Counted from the first letter of the stretch, positions 1-10,651 are shown. The stretch: 64,000 bases of DNA from Methanocaldococcus sp. 16A (GCA_049860595.1 CP187551.1); one strand, 5' to 3'. Program-made: numbers and translations. Notes: generated by a model not told the origin, from the sequence alone.

Positions 1-101
1 TTATTTTTTATTTATTTTTTAAGAATAATTGCTCAACACTCATTTTTTATATTTCTTTGAAGAGTTTTAGATTTTTTAGAATTTTTAAAAAAGGGAAATC
101 T

Positions 102-287
102 ATGAAGCTAAGAGTAATTTGCAAAGATGATAATTTTACAAACGACAATGAGCTTTGTATAAAATGTGAAGTATGTATTGGAAAAGACATAATGACAATA
201 TTAGAATTATTAAAAGAAGAATATTCCATAAATGAAATTGAAATCCCAGATTGTGATAAGTTAAAAATAATCTTAGATTTGAATTAA
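102..287 (+). CDS. Small Cys-containing hypothetical protein (61 aa)
   Basis: ATG at 102 after AAGGGA; CxxCxxC plus two further Cys. Confidence 0.6.
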   Translation: MKLRVICKDDNFTNDNELCIKCEVCIGKDIMTILELLKEEYSINEIEIPDCDKLKIILDLN

Positions 288-316
288 ACCTTTTTTCTTT
301 TTTATTATATTTATAT

Positions 317-1507
317 TTAGAACCTTATATACTTGAATATTGTCTCTAATTTTGTCATTTGATATCCAATAACTGCTCCTATAGAAGCTGGAACTGCAAA
401 ATCAAAGCCAAAAATCTCTGTACATAACACAGCTCCACCCAATGGAGCGTTTGTTGAAGCTGATAAAGAAGTGGCTATCCCTAAAACTATAAATGGGATT
501 GGATTAACTCCAACTACAGAGCTAAATATCATTCCAGAAATTGCCCCTACACACATAGATGGAAACACTAATCCTCCAGGTACTCCAGAACCAACGGTAA
601 ATGATGTTGCTAATATCTTCCCAATTAATATTAATATCAATAATTCTAAGGAAAATTTCATAAAAAATAAATCTTTTGTAAGTTCTAAACCCAAACCTAA
701 AACTTCTGGAACAAAATATCCAATTGTAGCCACTAAAATTCCGCCAATTAATGTTTTAATGCAATAAGGGGCTTTAAAGTTATCAAAAGTTGCTGCTATT
801 TTTCTGTAGGTTTTTATATAACAATATGATATAGCTGAGCAGAAAAATGATGCCAATAAAAACCAAATAAAATCAAATGGATGCACTGAATAAGGCAAAT
901 AAACATCAAAGAGATGTTTTTTTCCAGTAATTAGATAGAAGATTATATAGCCTACAACACTTGCAATGATTGGAGGTAGTAAGTTGATATAATTAAAATT
1001 CTCATGCTCAATAATCTCACATGCTAATATGGCTGTTCCTAAAGGAGCGGCAAATGCTCCTCCCAACCCTCCAGCAATTCCTGTTATAATAACTAACTCT
1101 CTATTTTTTAGTTTTAATAATCTGTATAACTCATCAGCAAAAGATGCACTTGATTGCACGCAAGGCCCCTCTTTTCCAGCACTTCCTCCTACAGCAATAA
1201 TAGCCCCAGCTAACAAAATCTTTAAAAGCCCTTTTACCCAAGTTAATCTTTCATTAATATTTAAAGCTTTTAAAACTCTATCAATCCCAGAACCCTTTAA
1301 TTCATAAAAATAATCAACAAATAACCCAGCAATAAAAAATACCACTGGAATTAAAAAAATATTATGTTTTTCTGGAAAATACTCTATAATTATAGCCATA
1401 ATTACTGAACTTAAACCTCCAACAATACCTATTAATGATGCAATGCTAATCCATTTTATCATTTTTATTAATTTATTGAATACATTAACAATATTCATAA
1501 ATATCAT
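317..1507 (-). CDS. ClC family chloride channel / H+/Cl- antiporter
   Basis: GSGI, GKEGP and GLVFP ClC motifs; many TM helices. Confidence 0.92.
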   Translation of the reverse strand: MIFMNIVNVFNKLIKMIKWISIASLIGIVGGLSSVIMAIIIEYFPEKHNIFLIPVVFFIAGLFVDYFYELKGSGIDRVLKALNINERLTWVKGLLKILLAGAIIAVGGSAGKEGPCVQSSASFADELYRLLKLKNRELVIITGIAGGLGGAFAAPLGTAILACEIIEHENFNYINLLPPIIASVVGYIIFYLITGKKHLFDVYLPYSVHPFDFIWFLLASFFCSAISYCYIKTYRKIAATFDNFKAPYCIKTLIGGILVATIGYFVPEVLGLGLELTKDLFFMKFSLELLILILIGKILATSFTVGSGVPGGLVFPSMCVGAISGMIFSSVVGVNPIPFIVLGIATSLSASTNAPLGGAVLCTEIFGFDFAVPASIGAVIGYQMTKLETIFKYIRF

Positions 1508-1566
1508 CAGGTAATAATTTTTAATAAATTATAAAGTTCATTATTTTTAAAATTTCTGGTGAAATA

Positions 1567-2037
1567 ATGATTTCAAAAAATGCAAGGATAGCTAAAGGGG
1601 CTGTAATTGTTGGAGATGTAAGTATTGGAGATTATACATCGGTGTGGTATAATGCTGTAATTAGGGGCGATGTTGATAAAATAATAATTGGAAAATACTC
1701 AAATATTCAAGATTGTTGTGTTATTCATTGCTCTAAAGGATATCCAACTATAATTGGAGATTATGTATCAATAGGTCATGGAGCAGTTATTCATGGTTGT
1801 AAGATTGAGAATAATGTCTTAGTAGGAATGAACGCTACAATATTGAATGGAGCAAAGATTGGAGAAAATTGTATAATTGGTGCTAACGCATTAGTTACTC
1901 AAAATAAGGAGATTCCACCAAATAGCTTAGTTTTAGGAGTTCCTGGTAGAGTAGTTAGAGAACTTACAGAAGAAGAAATTAAAAGTATAAAAGAAAATGC
2001 ATTGAGATATGTTAAGTTATCTGAATCATTGCTATAA
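1567..2037 (+). CDS. Gamma-carbonic anhydrase family hexapeptide-repeat protein
   Basis: IRGD, NIQD, IGH..VIHG motifs; left-handed beta-helix repeats. Confidence 0.9.
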   Translation: MISKNARIAKGAVIVGDVSIGDYTSVWYNAVIRGDVDKIIIGKYSNIQDCCVIHCSKGYPTIIGDYVSIGHGAVIHGCKIENNVLVGMNATILNGAKIGENCIIGANALVTQNKEIPPNSLVLGVPGRVVRELTEEEIKSIKENALRYVKLSESLL

Positions 2038-2117
2038 CAATCTACAAAAGCACAAAAATTTAAATAATTTAAATTCAAATGAATAAAGTGGATATCAAAT
2101 TTTATAAGGTGAGGAGT

Positions 2118-2534
2118 ATGGTAAATCTTGGATTTGTAATTGCTGAATTTAATAGAGATATAACATACATGATGGAAAAAGTTGCTGAAGAACATGCTGA
2201 ATTCTTAGGAGCTACTGTAAAATATAAAATCGTTGTTCCTGGAGTTTTTGACATACCATTAGCTGTAAAAAAATTGTTAGAGAAAGATGATGTTGATGCA
2301 GTAGTAACAATTGGATGTGTTATTGAAGGAGAGACAGAGCATGACGAAATAGTTGTTCACAATGCAGCGAGAAAAATAGCAGATTTAGCTCTACAATATG
2401 ATAAACCAGTAACTCTTGGAATTTCAGGACCAGGGATGACAAGATTACAAGCTCAAGAAAGAGTAGATTATGGTAAGAGGGCTGTTGAAGCAGCTGTTAA
2501 AATGGTTAAAAGATTGAAGGCGTTAGAAGAATAA
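2118..2534 (+). CDS. ribH: 6,7-dimethyl-8-ribityllumazine synthase
   Basis: [22 protein letters not shown]; ATG after GGTGAGGAG. Confidence 0.95.
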   Translation: MVNLGFVIAEFNRDITYMMEKVAEEHAEFLGATVKYKIVVPGVFDIPLAVKKLLEKDDVDAVVTIGCVIEGETEHDEIVVHNAARKIADLALQYDKPVTLGISGPGMTRLQAQERVDYGKRAVEAAVKMVKRLKALEE

Positions 2535-2544
2535 AGGGATATCT

Positions 2545-2832
2545 ATGATTTTAGAAGAAGTTTATGAAACCATAAAACAAAGAATTAAGGAAAAGCCAGA
2601 AAATTCTTATGTAGCAAAGCTAACAACTGATGATAAAAAACCTGCAATAAATAAAATCTGTGAGAAAATTGGAGAGGAAGCAACAGAATTGATTTTAGCA
2701 GCTAAAGATAACAAAAAAAATGAGATTATTTATGAAGCAGCTGATTTGATATTCCATACAATGGTGTTATTAGCTTACAAAGAGATAGAGTTTGAGGAAT
2801 TGTTGAAAGAATTTGAAAGAAGAAAAAAGTAA
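2545..2832 (+). CDS. hisE: Phosphoribosyl-ATP pyrophosphohydrolase
   Basis: [23 protein letters not shown]. Confidence 0.95.
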   Translation: MILEEVYETIKQRIKEKPENSYVAKLTTDDKKPAINKICEKIGEEATELILAAKDNKKNEIIYEAADLIFHTMVLLAYKEIEFEELLKEFERRKK

Positions 2833-2902
2833 TTGTCCTATTTTTTAGTTAGTCTAGTTAATTAAATAAATTTTTTAAAATTTTTTTAAAATAAATAAAA
2901 AA

Positions 2903-3793
2903 TTAGATTTTTGTAACAAACTCCCAAAATGATTTAACTGCACTTGGATTTTTAGGTCTTCTACTTTTAACTAAATATAGGTATCTTACAACATCCAAAT
3001 CTACAACTGGAACTATTTTAACTAAACCAGCATCTTCTGCCTTTTTAGCTGGGATTTCGGAAACAACGCTAACTCCATAACCTTCAGAAACCGCAGTAAT
3101 AACTGCTGAATGACTACCTAATCTCATTACAACATTTAAATCCATTATTGAATATCCTTTCTCATTTAATGCTTTAATAAACGCCTCTCTTGTTCCAGAA
3201 CCTTCTTCTCTATCTATGTAGTCCTCTTTAAGTATATCTTCAAGCTTAGCATAACCTTTCTCTGCAAGTGGATGATTTGGTGGGACAATTAAAACTAATC
3301 TATCCTTACCTATAATTGTGTATTCATAATTCTTATTTTTTAGATAGCCAACAGCTGCTATATCTGCTAATCCCTCATCTAATGCCTTAAAACATCTCTC
3401 AGAGTCAGTTATTGTAATCTCAAAATCCACATTTTTATATGAGCTTTTATATTCTTTAATAATTGAAGGTAGAATGTGTTCTCCAGGAGTAGTTGAAGCA
3501 TAGATTCTAATAATCCCTTCAGGATTTTCGTGTATAGCTTTCATCAACAATTTTGCCTCATTCAACAAATCTAAAATCTTTTCAGCCCTCTCATAAAATA
3601 TCTTTCCTTCTGGTGTTAAATCAACACCTTCTGGAGTTCTTAAAAAAAGCTGAGCATCAAAATATTTTTCAAGTGCTGATATGTGGTTGCTAACGGTTCC
3701 TTGAGTTATTCCCAATCTTTTAGCTGCTTTAGAAAAACTTTTTGTTTTACTAGCAACTATGAATGTTTGGAAGTAACTTATTTTTGGGTCCAT
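2903..3793 (-). CDS. LysR-family transcriptional regulator (selenium-metabolism-associated, HrsM-like)
   Basis: SFSKAAKRLGITQGTVS HTH, REEGSGTR; CysL-like substrate domain. Confidence 0.9.
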   Translation of the reverse strand: MDPKISYFQTFIVASKTKSFSKAAKRLGITQGTVSNHISALEKYFDAQLFLRTPEGVDLTPEGKIFYERAEKILDLLNEAKLLMKAIHENPEGIIRIYASTTPGEHILPSIIKEYKSSYKNVDFEITITDSERCFKALDEGLADIAAVGYLKNKNYEYTIIGKDRLVLIVPPNHPLAEKGYAKLEDILKEDYIDREEGSGTREAFIKALNEKGYSIMDLNVVMRLGSHSAVITAVSEGYGVSVVSEIPAKKAEDAGLVKIVPVVDLDVVRYLYLVKSRRPKNPSAVKSFWEFVTKI

Positions 3794-3816
3794 ATTATCA
3801 CCTATTTATTTAATCC

Positions 3817-3835
3817 CTATTAGATTAACTAATAG
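3817..3835. promoter_or_regulatory. Candidate LysR operator CTATTAG-N5-CTAATAG
   Basis: Perfect 7-bp inverted repeat with T-N11-A core, between the TATA (3840-3849) and the LysR start. Confidence 0.55.
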
Positions 3836-3944
3836 TTCCTATATATAAAGTTAATGCGCAAATATCGGAGAAATAAAGTTAAGTTTATATACTAATTATC
3901 TAAAATGTTAAGACTATTAATGATAAAATTATGTGGTGATTTGG

Positions 3945-5105
3945 ATGGAAAATAATAAAGTAACAATCAGTGTTATAAAGGCAGATGTTGGAGGATTATG
4001 TGGGCACACATTAGCACCAGACGAGTTATTAGAGGCATGTGAGGCAGTTTTAGAGGAGGCTGTTGATGAGATAATATTAGATTATTACGTTACAAGATGT
4101 GGGGATGACATTGATTTAATTATGAGCCATAAATTAGGTTGTGATAATGAAAAAGTCCATGGTTTGGCGTGGAAAGCTTTTGAAGAAGCAACAAAAATAG
4201 CTAAAGAATTAAAATTATATGGAGCAGGGCAAGATTTATTATCTGATAGTTTTTCAGGAAACGTTAGAGGAATGGGTCCAGGATGTGCAGAGATGGAATT
4301 CGTTGAGAGAAAAAGTGAGCCAATAGTTGTTTTCTGTTGCGATAAAACAGACCCAACAGCATTTAACTATCCATTATTTAAGATGTTTGCAGACCCATTC
4401 AACACAGCTGGTTTAGTTTTCGACCCTTCAATGATTTCAGGATTTAGATTTGAAGTTCATGATGTTGTTGGACATAAAAAGGTCTTTTTAGATACACCAG
4501 AAGAGATGTATATGCTCTTAGCTTTAATTGGCGATTATGAGAAGTATGCAATTAAGAGAATTTATAGAAGAAGAGATAATGAAATAGCTGCTGTTGTTAG
4601 TACTGAAAAATTAAACTACATAGCTGGAGAGTATGTTGGTAAAGATGACCCAGTAGCTATTGTTAGAGCTCAGAGTGGATTCCCAGCAGTTGGAGAGGTT
4701 TTAGAGCCATTTGCTAACCCACACTTTGTCCCTGGATGGATGAGAGGTAGCCATTGGGGGCCGTTAATGCCAGTTGGAGAAGAAGATGCAACTCCTACAA
4801 GATTTGATGGGCCAGCAAGAATTATTGCTCTTGGATTCCAAGTTTGTGATGGAATGTTAATTGGGCCAAATGACTTATTTGCAGATAAGGGCTTTGATAA
4901 AGCAAGAGAGAAAGCTTTAGAAATGGCAGACATTATAAGAAGAATGGGACCATTCCAACCACACAGATTGCCTGCAACAATGATGGAATACACAACAGTT
5001 CCAAAGGTCTTAGAAGCATTGGAGGATAGATTTATTCCTTTAGAAGGTTTAGAGTTGATAGAAGAAGGAGGAATTACAAGAAAAGATAGAGGAGATGTAG
5101 AATAA
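3945..5105 (+). CDS. fbp: Fructose-1,6-bisphosphate aldolase/phosphatase (class V)
   Basis: SVIKADVGG, YGAGQDLL, YVGKDDPV, GWMRGSH, MEYTT. Confidence 0.96.
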   Translation: MENNKVTISVIKADVGGLCGHTLAPDELLEACEAVLEEAVDEIILDYYVTRCGDDIDLIMSHKLGCDNEKVHGLAWKAFEEATKIAKELKLYGAGQDLLSDSFSGNVRGMGPGCAEMEFVERKSEPIVVFCCDKTDPTAFNYPLFKMFADPFNTAGLVFDPSMISGFRFEVHDVVGHKKVFLDTPEEMYMLLALIGDYEKYAIKRIYRRRDNEIAAVVSTEKLNYIAGEYVGKDDPVAIVRAQSGFPAVGEVLEPFANPHFVPGWMRGSHWGPLMPVGEEDATPTRFDGPARIIALGFQVCDGMLIGPNDLFADKGFDKAREKALEMADIIRRMGPFQPHRLPATMMEYTTVPKVLEALEDRFIPLEGLELIEEGGITRKDRGDVE

Positions 5106-5663
5106 TTAAATAAGTTCTTCTTTATAAACAATTCCCTCATGTCCTGTAATTACATTTTTTCTCAGCTCTCTAATCTTTTTTAAACTCTCTAAGGCTAATT
5201 TTTCATCTACATTTAACCTTGGAGGAATCATTTTTAGAATATTATTTTTTAGAGGGGAAGCATCTCCAACAATAATATAATCTTTATAAATTACTGAAAT
5301 ACTACCATAAGTATGTCCAGGAGTTTCAATAATCTCAATCTCTTTATCTCTAAATTTTTTAAAATCTTCAAAATTATCATTAAATCCAAACTCTTTTGGT
5401 GAGGCATAAAATGTAGCGTTTTTAAATATTGAATTGTTTTCTATGTGGTCATAATGGAGATGTGTATTTATAACTACATCTATATCATTTGGAGATAGAT
5501 TCAGTTCAGATAAACCTTTAATAATAATATTTTCCATATCTTTTGATGAAGTATCAACAATTATATTGTTGTAGTCTGTAATAATTAACGTTGATGAAGA
5601 TGATGCTTTCTTAATTATCCCATTTTCTCTGATTAAAATTCCCTCATATAGAAGTTTTATCAT
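5106..5663 (-). CDS. Metallo-beta-lactamase fold hydrolase
   Basis: THLHYDH, TPGHT, GD and GH motifs. Confidence 0.9.
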   Translation of the reverse strand: MIKLLYEGILIRENGIIKKASSSSTLIITDYNNIIVDTSSKDMENIIIKGLSELNLSPNDIDVVINTHLHYDHIENNSIFKNATFYASPKEFGFNDNFEDFKKFRDKEIEIIETPGHTYGSISVIYKDYIIVGDASPLKNNILKMIPPRLNVDEKLALESLKKIRELRKNVITGHEGIVYKEELI

Positions 5664-5726
5664 AATTTCACCTATTACGTAAAACATAAAAGTTAAATAT
5701 TATAAAATTTATCTTAATTTATTAAT

Positions 5727-5820
5727 ATAGAACCTTCGCAGTTTATATATTAAATTTGGAACTTTGACATCTTTAGGTGTCTATATCCAATGAATATATC
5801 TATTCCTGCGAAAGTCCTAT
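5727..5820 (+). repeat. ~95-bp palindromic MITE-like repeat, family A
   Basis: ATAGAACCTTCGCAG...CTGCGAAAGTCCTAT termini; internal TTTATATA and GACA..TGTC hairpin. Confidence 0.85.
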
Positions 5821-5852
5821 AATATTTATTAGTTCTATGGGGGAGGGGATTA

Positions 5853-7457
5853 ATGAATGCTATTCAGAAGATACTATTAATTTTTATTATAATATTATTT
5901 TATACTTTTAATCAAAGTTTTGGAGTGAATGTAACTATTACACTTGGTGATAATGCATATATTAAAATAACCTCTGAAAAAAATATATCCTCAACAGTAA
6001 ATAAACTCAATCTTTCTAAGATAGACTTTGAACATAATGATGATAAATATATATGGTATTTAAAAACAAACTGGAACAAGAAAACCTTTATTTATAACTT
6101 CTCACCTTTATATAAAATTGGTAAATTTAATTATTCTGTTGAATGTGACAAATATCTTTTAATAAAAAATGAATCTTTTAAAAATGGTGTTTTAAGGGTA
6201 GATACTCAACTGAATTACAAAACTATCTTTTTAGGATTGACATTGTTTATTTTTCTTCCAATATTTGGAGCTGTGATTATAACTATTATTATAAAAAGAA
6301 TGCTAAGAAAAAAACCAAAAACTTTAGAAGATAAAATTACAAAAAATAAAAAAATAGCACTCGTTTATATGTCGTATTGGATTGTAATTGTAGTTGGATT
6401 TATATTGTCATTGTTCTTATGTGACATTCCATCATTAATAGCTTATTTCACAGGAATATCTTTGGATAATGTATTCTATATATTAATAATCATTTTTGTA
6501 ATAGAGATGTTTTTACCAACAATTTTGATTTTAAAGTATCTATTTAAATTTAACAACAAAAAAATAGATAGAAAAGAATATTTTAAGTCAATAGGTGTAA
6601 TTATATTACCTTGGATATTGGGATTTTTGGGAATTATGGTGTTGAGTAATATAATCTTATTTGAATTTGGAAAAATACTAAGTGAGTTTCCTCATCCTAT
6701 TAGAATTGCTTTCTGGATGTTTATAGGATATGTATCATTTGATATGGCATGGAAAATTATTAAAAGATATGTTTTAAAGCCAGAATATGTGGTGAATAAT
6801 GAAATTATTGAGATGGTTAATGATTTAATAAAAAAACTTAACGCAAAACCATTTAAAGAGATAAAAATCATAAAAAATGATGATATGGCAAATGCTATGG
6901 TTTCTGGATTTTTCAATGAAAAACTAATATTAACTACAAAATTAATTGATATCCTAACAAAAGATGAATTAAAATCTATTATTGCTCATGAGATTGCTCA
7001 TAAGAAGAAAAATCATACAAAACAGATGACATTTGTATGGTTTATTGTAGGAATTTTAATGTTTAGCTCATTTCCATATATTATAGATATTACAAAAAAT
7101 ATTTTTGGAGATCATTGGTATGTGGGTGTTATTATAATAATATCTCTATATCTATTATCCATTATTGGGGATAGATATTTCTCAAAAAGATTAGAGAGAG
7201 AAGCAGATATTATAGCTGCAAAAATAATAAATCCAGAGATATACATTAAAGCGTTGTCAAAGCTACATTATGCCAACTATATTCCAAAAGAGGGTATATT
7301 TAATATAATCTCAACTCATCCTCCTTTAATAAAAAGAATTAAATATATCCAAAAAGAATTAAATATCCCAGAGGATAAAATTAAGAACATTTTGGATGAA
7401 GCATATAAGGAGATTATGAGATTAGATAAGACTGAAGAGGATGTGTCTTATGATTAG
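5853..7457 (+). CDS. M48 (HtpX/Ste24) family membrane Zn metalloprotease with N-terminal extension
   Basis: ANAM, AHEIAH, EREAD, STHPP..KRI; signal-like N-terminus and multiple TMs. Confidence 0.88.
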   Translation: MNAIQKILLIFIIILFYTFNQSFGVNVTITLGDNAYIKITSEKNISSTVNKLNLSKIDFEHNDDKYIWYLKTNWNKKTFIYNFSPLYKIGKFNYSVECDKYLLIKNESFKNGVLRVDTQLNYKTIFLGLTLFIFLPIFGAVIITIIIKRMLRKKPKTLEDKITKNKKIALVYMSYWIVIVVGFILSLFLCDIPSLIAYFTGISLDNVFYILIIIFVIEMFLPTILILKYLFKFNNKKIDRKEYFKSIGVIILPWILGFLGIMVLSNIILFEFGKILSEFPHPIRIAFWMFIGYVSFDMAWKIIKRYVLKPEYVVNNEIIEMVNDLIKKLNAKPFKEIKIIKNDDMANAMVSGFFNEKLILTTKLIDILTKDELKSIIAHEIAHKKKNHTKQMTFVWFIVGILMFSSFPYIIDITKNIFGDHWYVGVIIIISLYLLSIIGDRYFSKRLEREADIIAAKIINPEIYIKALSKLHYANYIPKEGIFNIISTHPPLIKRIKYIQKELNIPEDKIKNILDEAYKEIMRLDKTEEDVSYD

Positions 7458-8127
7458 AAAGGTAAAAATAAAAAAATTTGATGGTAAAAATTTTTATGAT
7501 ATGGAAGATTACGTAGCTGTTGAAGAAGCCTATAGCATTTTTATCAATGGAGAATTTGTTAAATCACTCACATTATCTCCAAATTTTTTAAATGAATTTG
7601 GAGTAGGATTTGCTATAAGTGAAGGGTTTTTAAAGAAAGTTGATAAAGTTGAAGTTGATAATAACAACATATACATCTTTGGAGAAAAAAATGAAAATGA
7701 TAAAGAAATTAAAAATAATAAAGAAATAAAAATAGACATTGAAATTATCAAAAAAATAATTTCTTATGAATTAAAAGCTAAATACTGGGAAATAACTGGA
7801 AGCTTCCACTGGGCTTCAATGTTTGATTTGAAAGGGAATAAAATAATTTTTGTTGAAGATATTGGGAGGCATAATGCAGTTGATAAAGTTATCGGCTATG
7901 CGATATTAAACAATTACAACTTAAATGAGCTAATATTAAGATATAGTGGAAGAATACCTTACGAAATCGTTAAAAAAGCTGTAAATAGTGGTTTGAATAT
8001 CATTATTTCAAAATCCCCACCAACAGATAAAGCTATTAATTTAGCAGAAGAACATGGCATATTGTTAATAGGATTTGCAAGAAATGGGAAATTTAACATT
8101 TATACTGGGGGATTATGGGAAGAGTAG
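7450..8127 (+). CDS. fdhD: Formate dehydrogenase accessory sulfurtransferase
   Basis: VAVEE, TGSFH, EDIGRHNAVDKVIG, SGR. Confidence 0.93.
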   Translation: MIRKVKIKKFDGKNFYDMEDYVAVEEAYSIFINGEFVKSLTLSPNFLNEFGVGFAISEGFLKKVDKVEVDNNNIYIFGEKNENDKEIKNNKEIKIDIEIIKKIISYELKAKYWEITGSFHWASMFDLKGNKIIFVEDIGRHNAVDKVIGYAILNNYNLNELILRYSGRIPYEIVKKAVNSGLNIIISKSPPTDKAINLAEEHGILLIGFARNGKFNIYTGGLWEE

Positions 8128-10646
8128 AGTATTTAAAAAAAGAGTATTCTGATGAAGAAATTTATGAAATCTTAGAAGAGCCTGTAAAAGAATGGTTTAA
8201 AAGGAAGTATAAAACTTTTACACCACCACAAAGATATGCTATCAAAGAAATTCATGAAGGGAAGAATGTTTTAATTTGCTCACCAACTGGGAGTGGAAAG
8301 ACCTTATCAGCTTTTTTAGCAGGAATAAATGAGTTGATAAAATTATCAATGGAAAATAAATTGGAAGATAGGATATATATTTTATATGTATCCCCACTAA
8401 GGGCACTAAATAATGATATTGAAAGAAACTTAAAAGAGCCATTAAAAGAGATTTATGAAGTTGCTAAAGAGCTAAATATAGAGTTGGATGAAATTAGGGT
8501 GGCTGTAAGAACAAGTGACACAACAAGCTCGCAAAAGCAAAAAATGCTAAAAAAACCTCCTCATATTTTAATAACTACTCCAGAATCTTTAGCTATAGCT
8601 CTAAACTCACCAAAATTCTCAAAATTGTTAGAAGGAATTAAATATGTGATAGTTGATGAAATCCATGCTTTAACAAATAAAAGAGGAGTTCATCTCTCAC
8701 TTTCATTAGAAAGGTTGAATAGAATTGCCAATTTTATAAGAATTGGTTTATCAGCAACTATTCATCCATTAACTGAAGTTGCCAAATTTTTAGTAGGTAA
8801 TGAGAGAGATTGCTATATTGTAGATGTTAGTTATAAAAAAGAAATTGAAATAAAGGTTATCTCTCCTGTTGATGATTTCATCTACACTCCTTCAGAGGAG
8901 ATTAGTAAAAAGCTCTATAGCTTATTAAAAAAACTCATAGAAGAGCATAAAACAACTTTGATATTTACAAACACAAGAAGTGCTACTGAGAGAGTTGCAT
9001 TTCATTTAAAGCAGTTGGGAGTTAAAAAAATTGAAACTCATCACTCATCTTTAAGTAGAGAGCATAGGTTAGAAGTTGAGGAGAAATTAAAAAAAGGAGA
9101 ACTGTCATGTGTTATTAGCTCGACATCATTAGAGTTAGGTATAGATATTGGAAGTATTGACTTGGTTATTTTGTTAGGTTCACCTAAAAGTGTTTCAAGG
9201 GCTTTACAAAGAATTGGTAGAAGTGGGCATAGATTGCATGAGAAAAGTAAAGGGATTATAATTCCATTTGATAGAGATGATTTGGTAGAGAATGTTGTTT
9301 TATGTTATAATGCAAAAATTGGAAGAATTGATAGAGTTCATATTCCAAAAAACTGTTTGGATGTTTTAGCTCAACATTTGGTTGGAATGGCATTAGAGAA
9401 AGTTTGGGATATTGAGGAGGCTTATAATTTAATTAAAAAAGCCTATCCATATAAAGATTTAAGTAAAGAAGATTTCTTAGATGTTTTAAATTACTTGGCT
9501 GGAGGGATAGAGGAGAAAAATGTCTATGCAAAGATTTGGCTTAAAGATAATAAATTTGGAAAGAGAGGGAAAAGTGTTAGGGCTATATATTATATGAACA
9601 TTGGAACAATTCCAGATGAAACATCAGTGGCTGTATATGAAAATAATAGATATATTGGAGAGGTTGAGGAGGAGTTTGCAGAAAAATTAATGAGAGGAGA
9701 TATTTTTGTTTTGGGAGGAAAAACATATAAATATTTAGGAGGGAGGGGGAATAAAATAAGAGTTAAGGAAGTTTTTGATGAAAAACCAACTATTCCAGCA
9801 TGGTTTTCTGAGCAGTTACCATTAGCCTATGATTTGGCATTAGATATTGAAAAATTTAGGAAAGAGGTTTTGGATGCAGATATTGAGTATATTATGAAAA
9901 AATATGACATAGATGAAAAAACAGCTAAGGCAATTAAAAATTATATAGAGGAACAAAATAAATTTGCAATAGTGCCTGATGATGAGAAAATGCTAATAGA
10001 GAGTTTTGATGAGGAAAAGAGAAGATATTACATATTCCACTTTGTAGCTGGGAGGAAGGCTAATGAAGCATTAGCAAGAGCTTTCGCTAATTATATATCA
10101 AAAATAAAGAAATGCAACGTTAGAATTTCAGTAAATGATTATGGCTTTGCCTTAATACTACCTAAAAACAGAAAGATAAAAAGAAATGACTTAACTGAAC
10201 TCTTCAACTTAGATATTGTTAAAAATGTAAAAGAAAGTATAGAGAGAAGTGAAATTTTAAAGAGAAGGTTTAGGCATGTTGCTACAAGGGGCTTTATGAT
10301 TTTGAGAAAGTATATGAATAGAAAAATTAGCGTTGATAGACAGCAGTTTAATGCTGAAATGCTTTTAAAATACTGCAAGGAGGTTAATCATCCTTTATAT
10401 AGAGAAACTTTGAGAGAAATTTTAGAGGATTGCTTAGATATTGACAATGCCTTAGATTATTTTGAAAAAATTAAGAGGAGAAAAATTTATTATTTAGAGT
10501 TGCCTTCACCTTCGCCATTTGCATTTAATTTGGTTGTTTCGGCTTCATCAGATATAGTGTTTATGGAAGATAAGAAGAAAATGATAGCAGAGTTGCATAA
10601 GAAAGTTATGGAATTCATTTCAATGAAAGAGAAAATAAAGAAATAA
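8115..10646 (+). CDS. lhr: Lhr family ATP-dependent SF2 helicase
   Basis: SPTGSGKT, DEIH, SAT, QRIGRSGH, GTIPD. Confidence 0.92.
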   Translation: MGRVEYLKKEYSDEEIYEILEEPVKEWFKRKYKTFTPPQRYAIKEIHEGKNVLICSPTGSGKTLSAFLAGINELIKLSMENKLEDRIYILYVSPLRALNNDIERNLKEPLKEIYEVAKELNIELDEIRVAVRTSDTTSSQKQKMLKKPPHILITTPESLAIALNSPKFSKLLEGIKYVIVDEIHALTNKRGVHLSLSLERLNRIANFIRIGLSATIHPLTEVAKFLVGNERDCYIVDVSYKKEIEIKVISPVDDFIYTPSEEISKKLYSLLKKLIEEHKTTLIFTNTRSATERVAFHLKQLGVKKIETHHSSLSREHRLEVEEKLKKGELSCVISSTSLELGIDIGSIDLVILLGSPKSVSRALQRIGRSGHRLHEKSKGIIIPFDRDDLVENVVLCYNAKIGRIDRVHIPKNCLDVLAQHLVGMALEKVWDIEEAYNLIKKAYPYKDLSKEDFLDVLNYLAGGIEEKNVYAKIWLKDNKFGKRGKSVRAIYYMNIGTIPDETSVAVYENNRYIGEVEEEFAEKLMRGDIFVLGGKTYKYLGGRGNKIRVKEVFDEKPTIPAWFSEQLPLAYDLALDIEKFRKEVLDADIEYIMKKYDIDEKTAKAIKNYIEEQNKFAIVPDDEKMLIESFDEEKRRYYIFHFVAGRKANEALARAFANYISKIKKCNVRISVNDYGFALILPKNRKIKRNDLTELFNLDIVKNVKESIERSEILKRRFRHVATRGFMILRKYMNRKISVDRQQFNAEMLLKYCKEVNHPLYRETLREILEDCLDIDNALDYFEKIKRRKIYYLELPSPSPFAFNLVVSASSDIVFMEDKKKMIAELHKKVMEFISMKEKIKK

Positions 10647-10651
10647 TTTAT

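Noticed and set aside
8115-10646. Intein in the Lhr helicase
   Set aside because: The length is normal and the helicase motifs are contiguous, with no splice-junction or LAGLIDADG motifs
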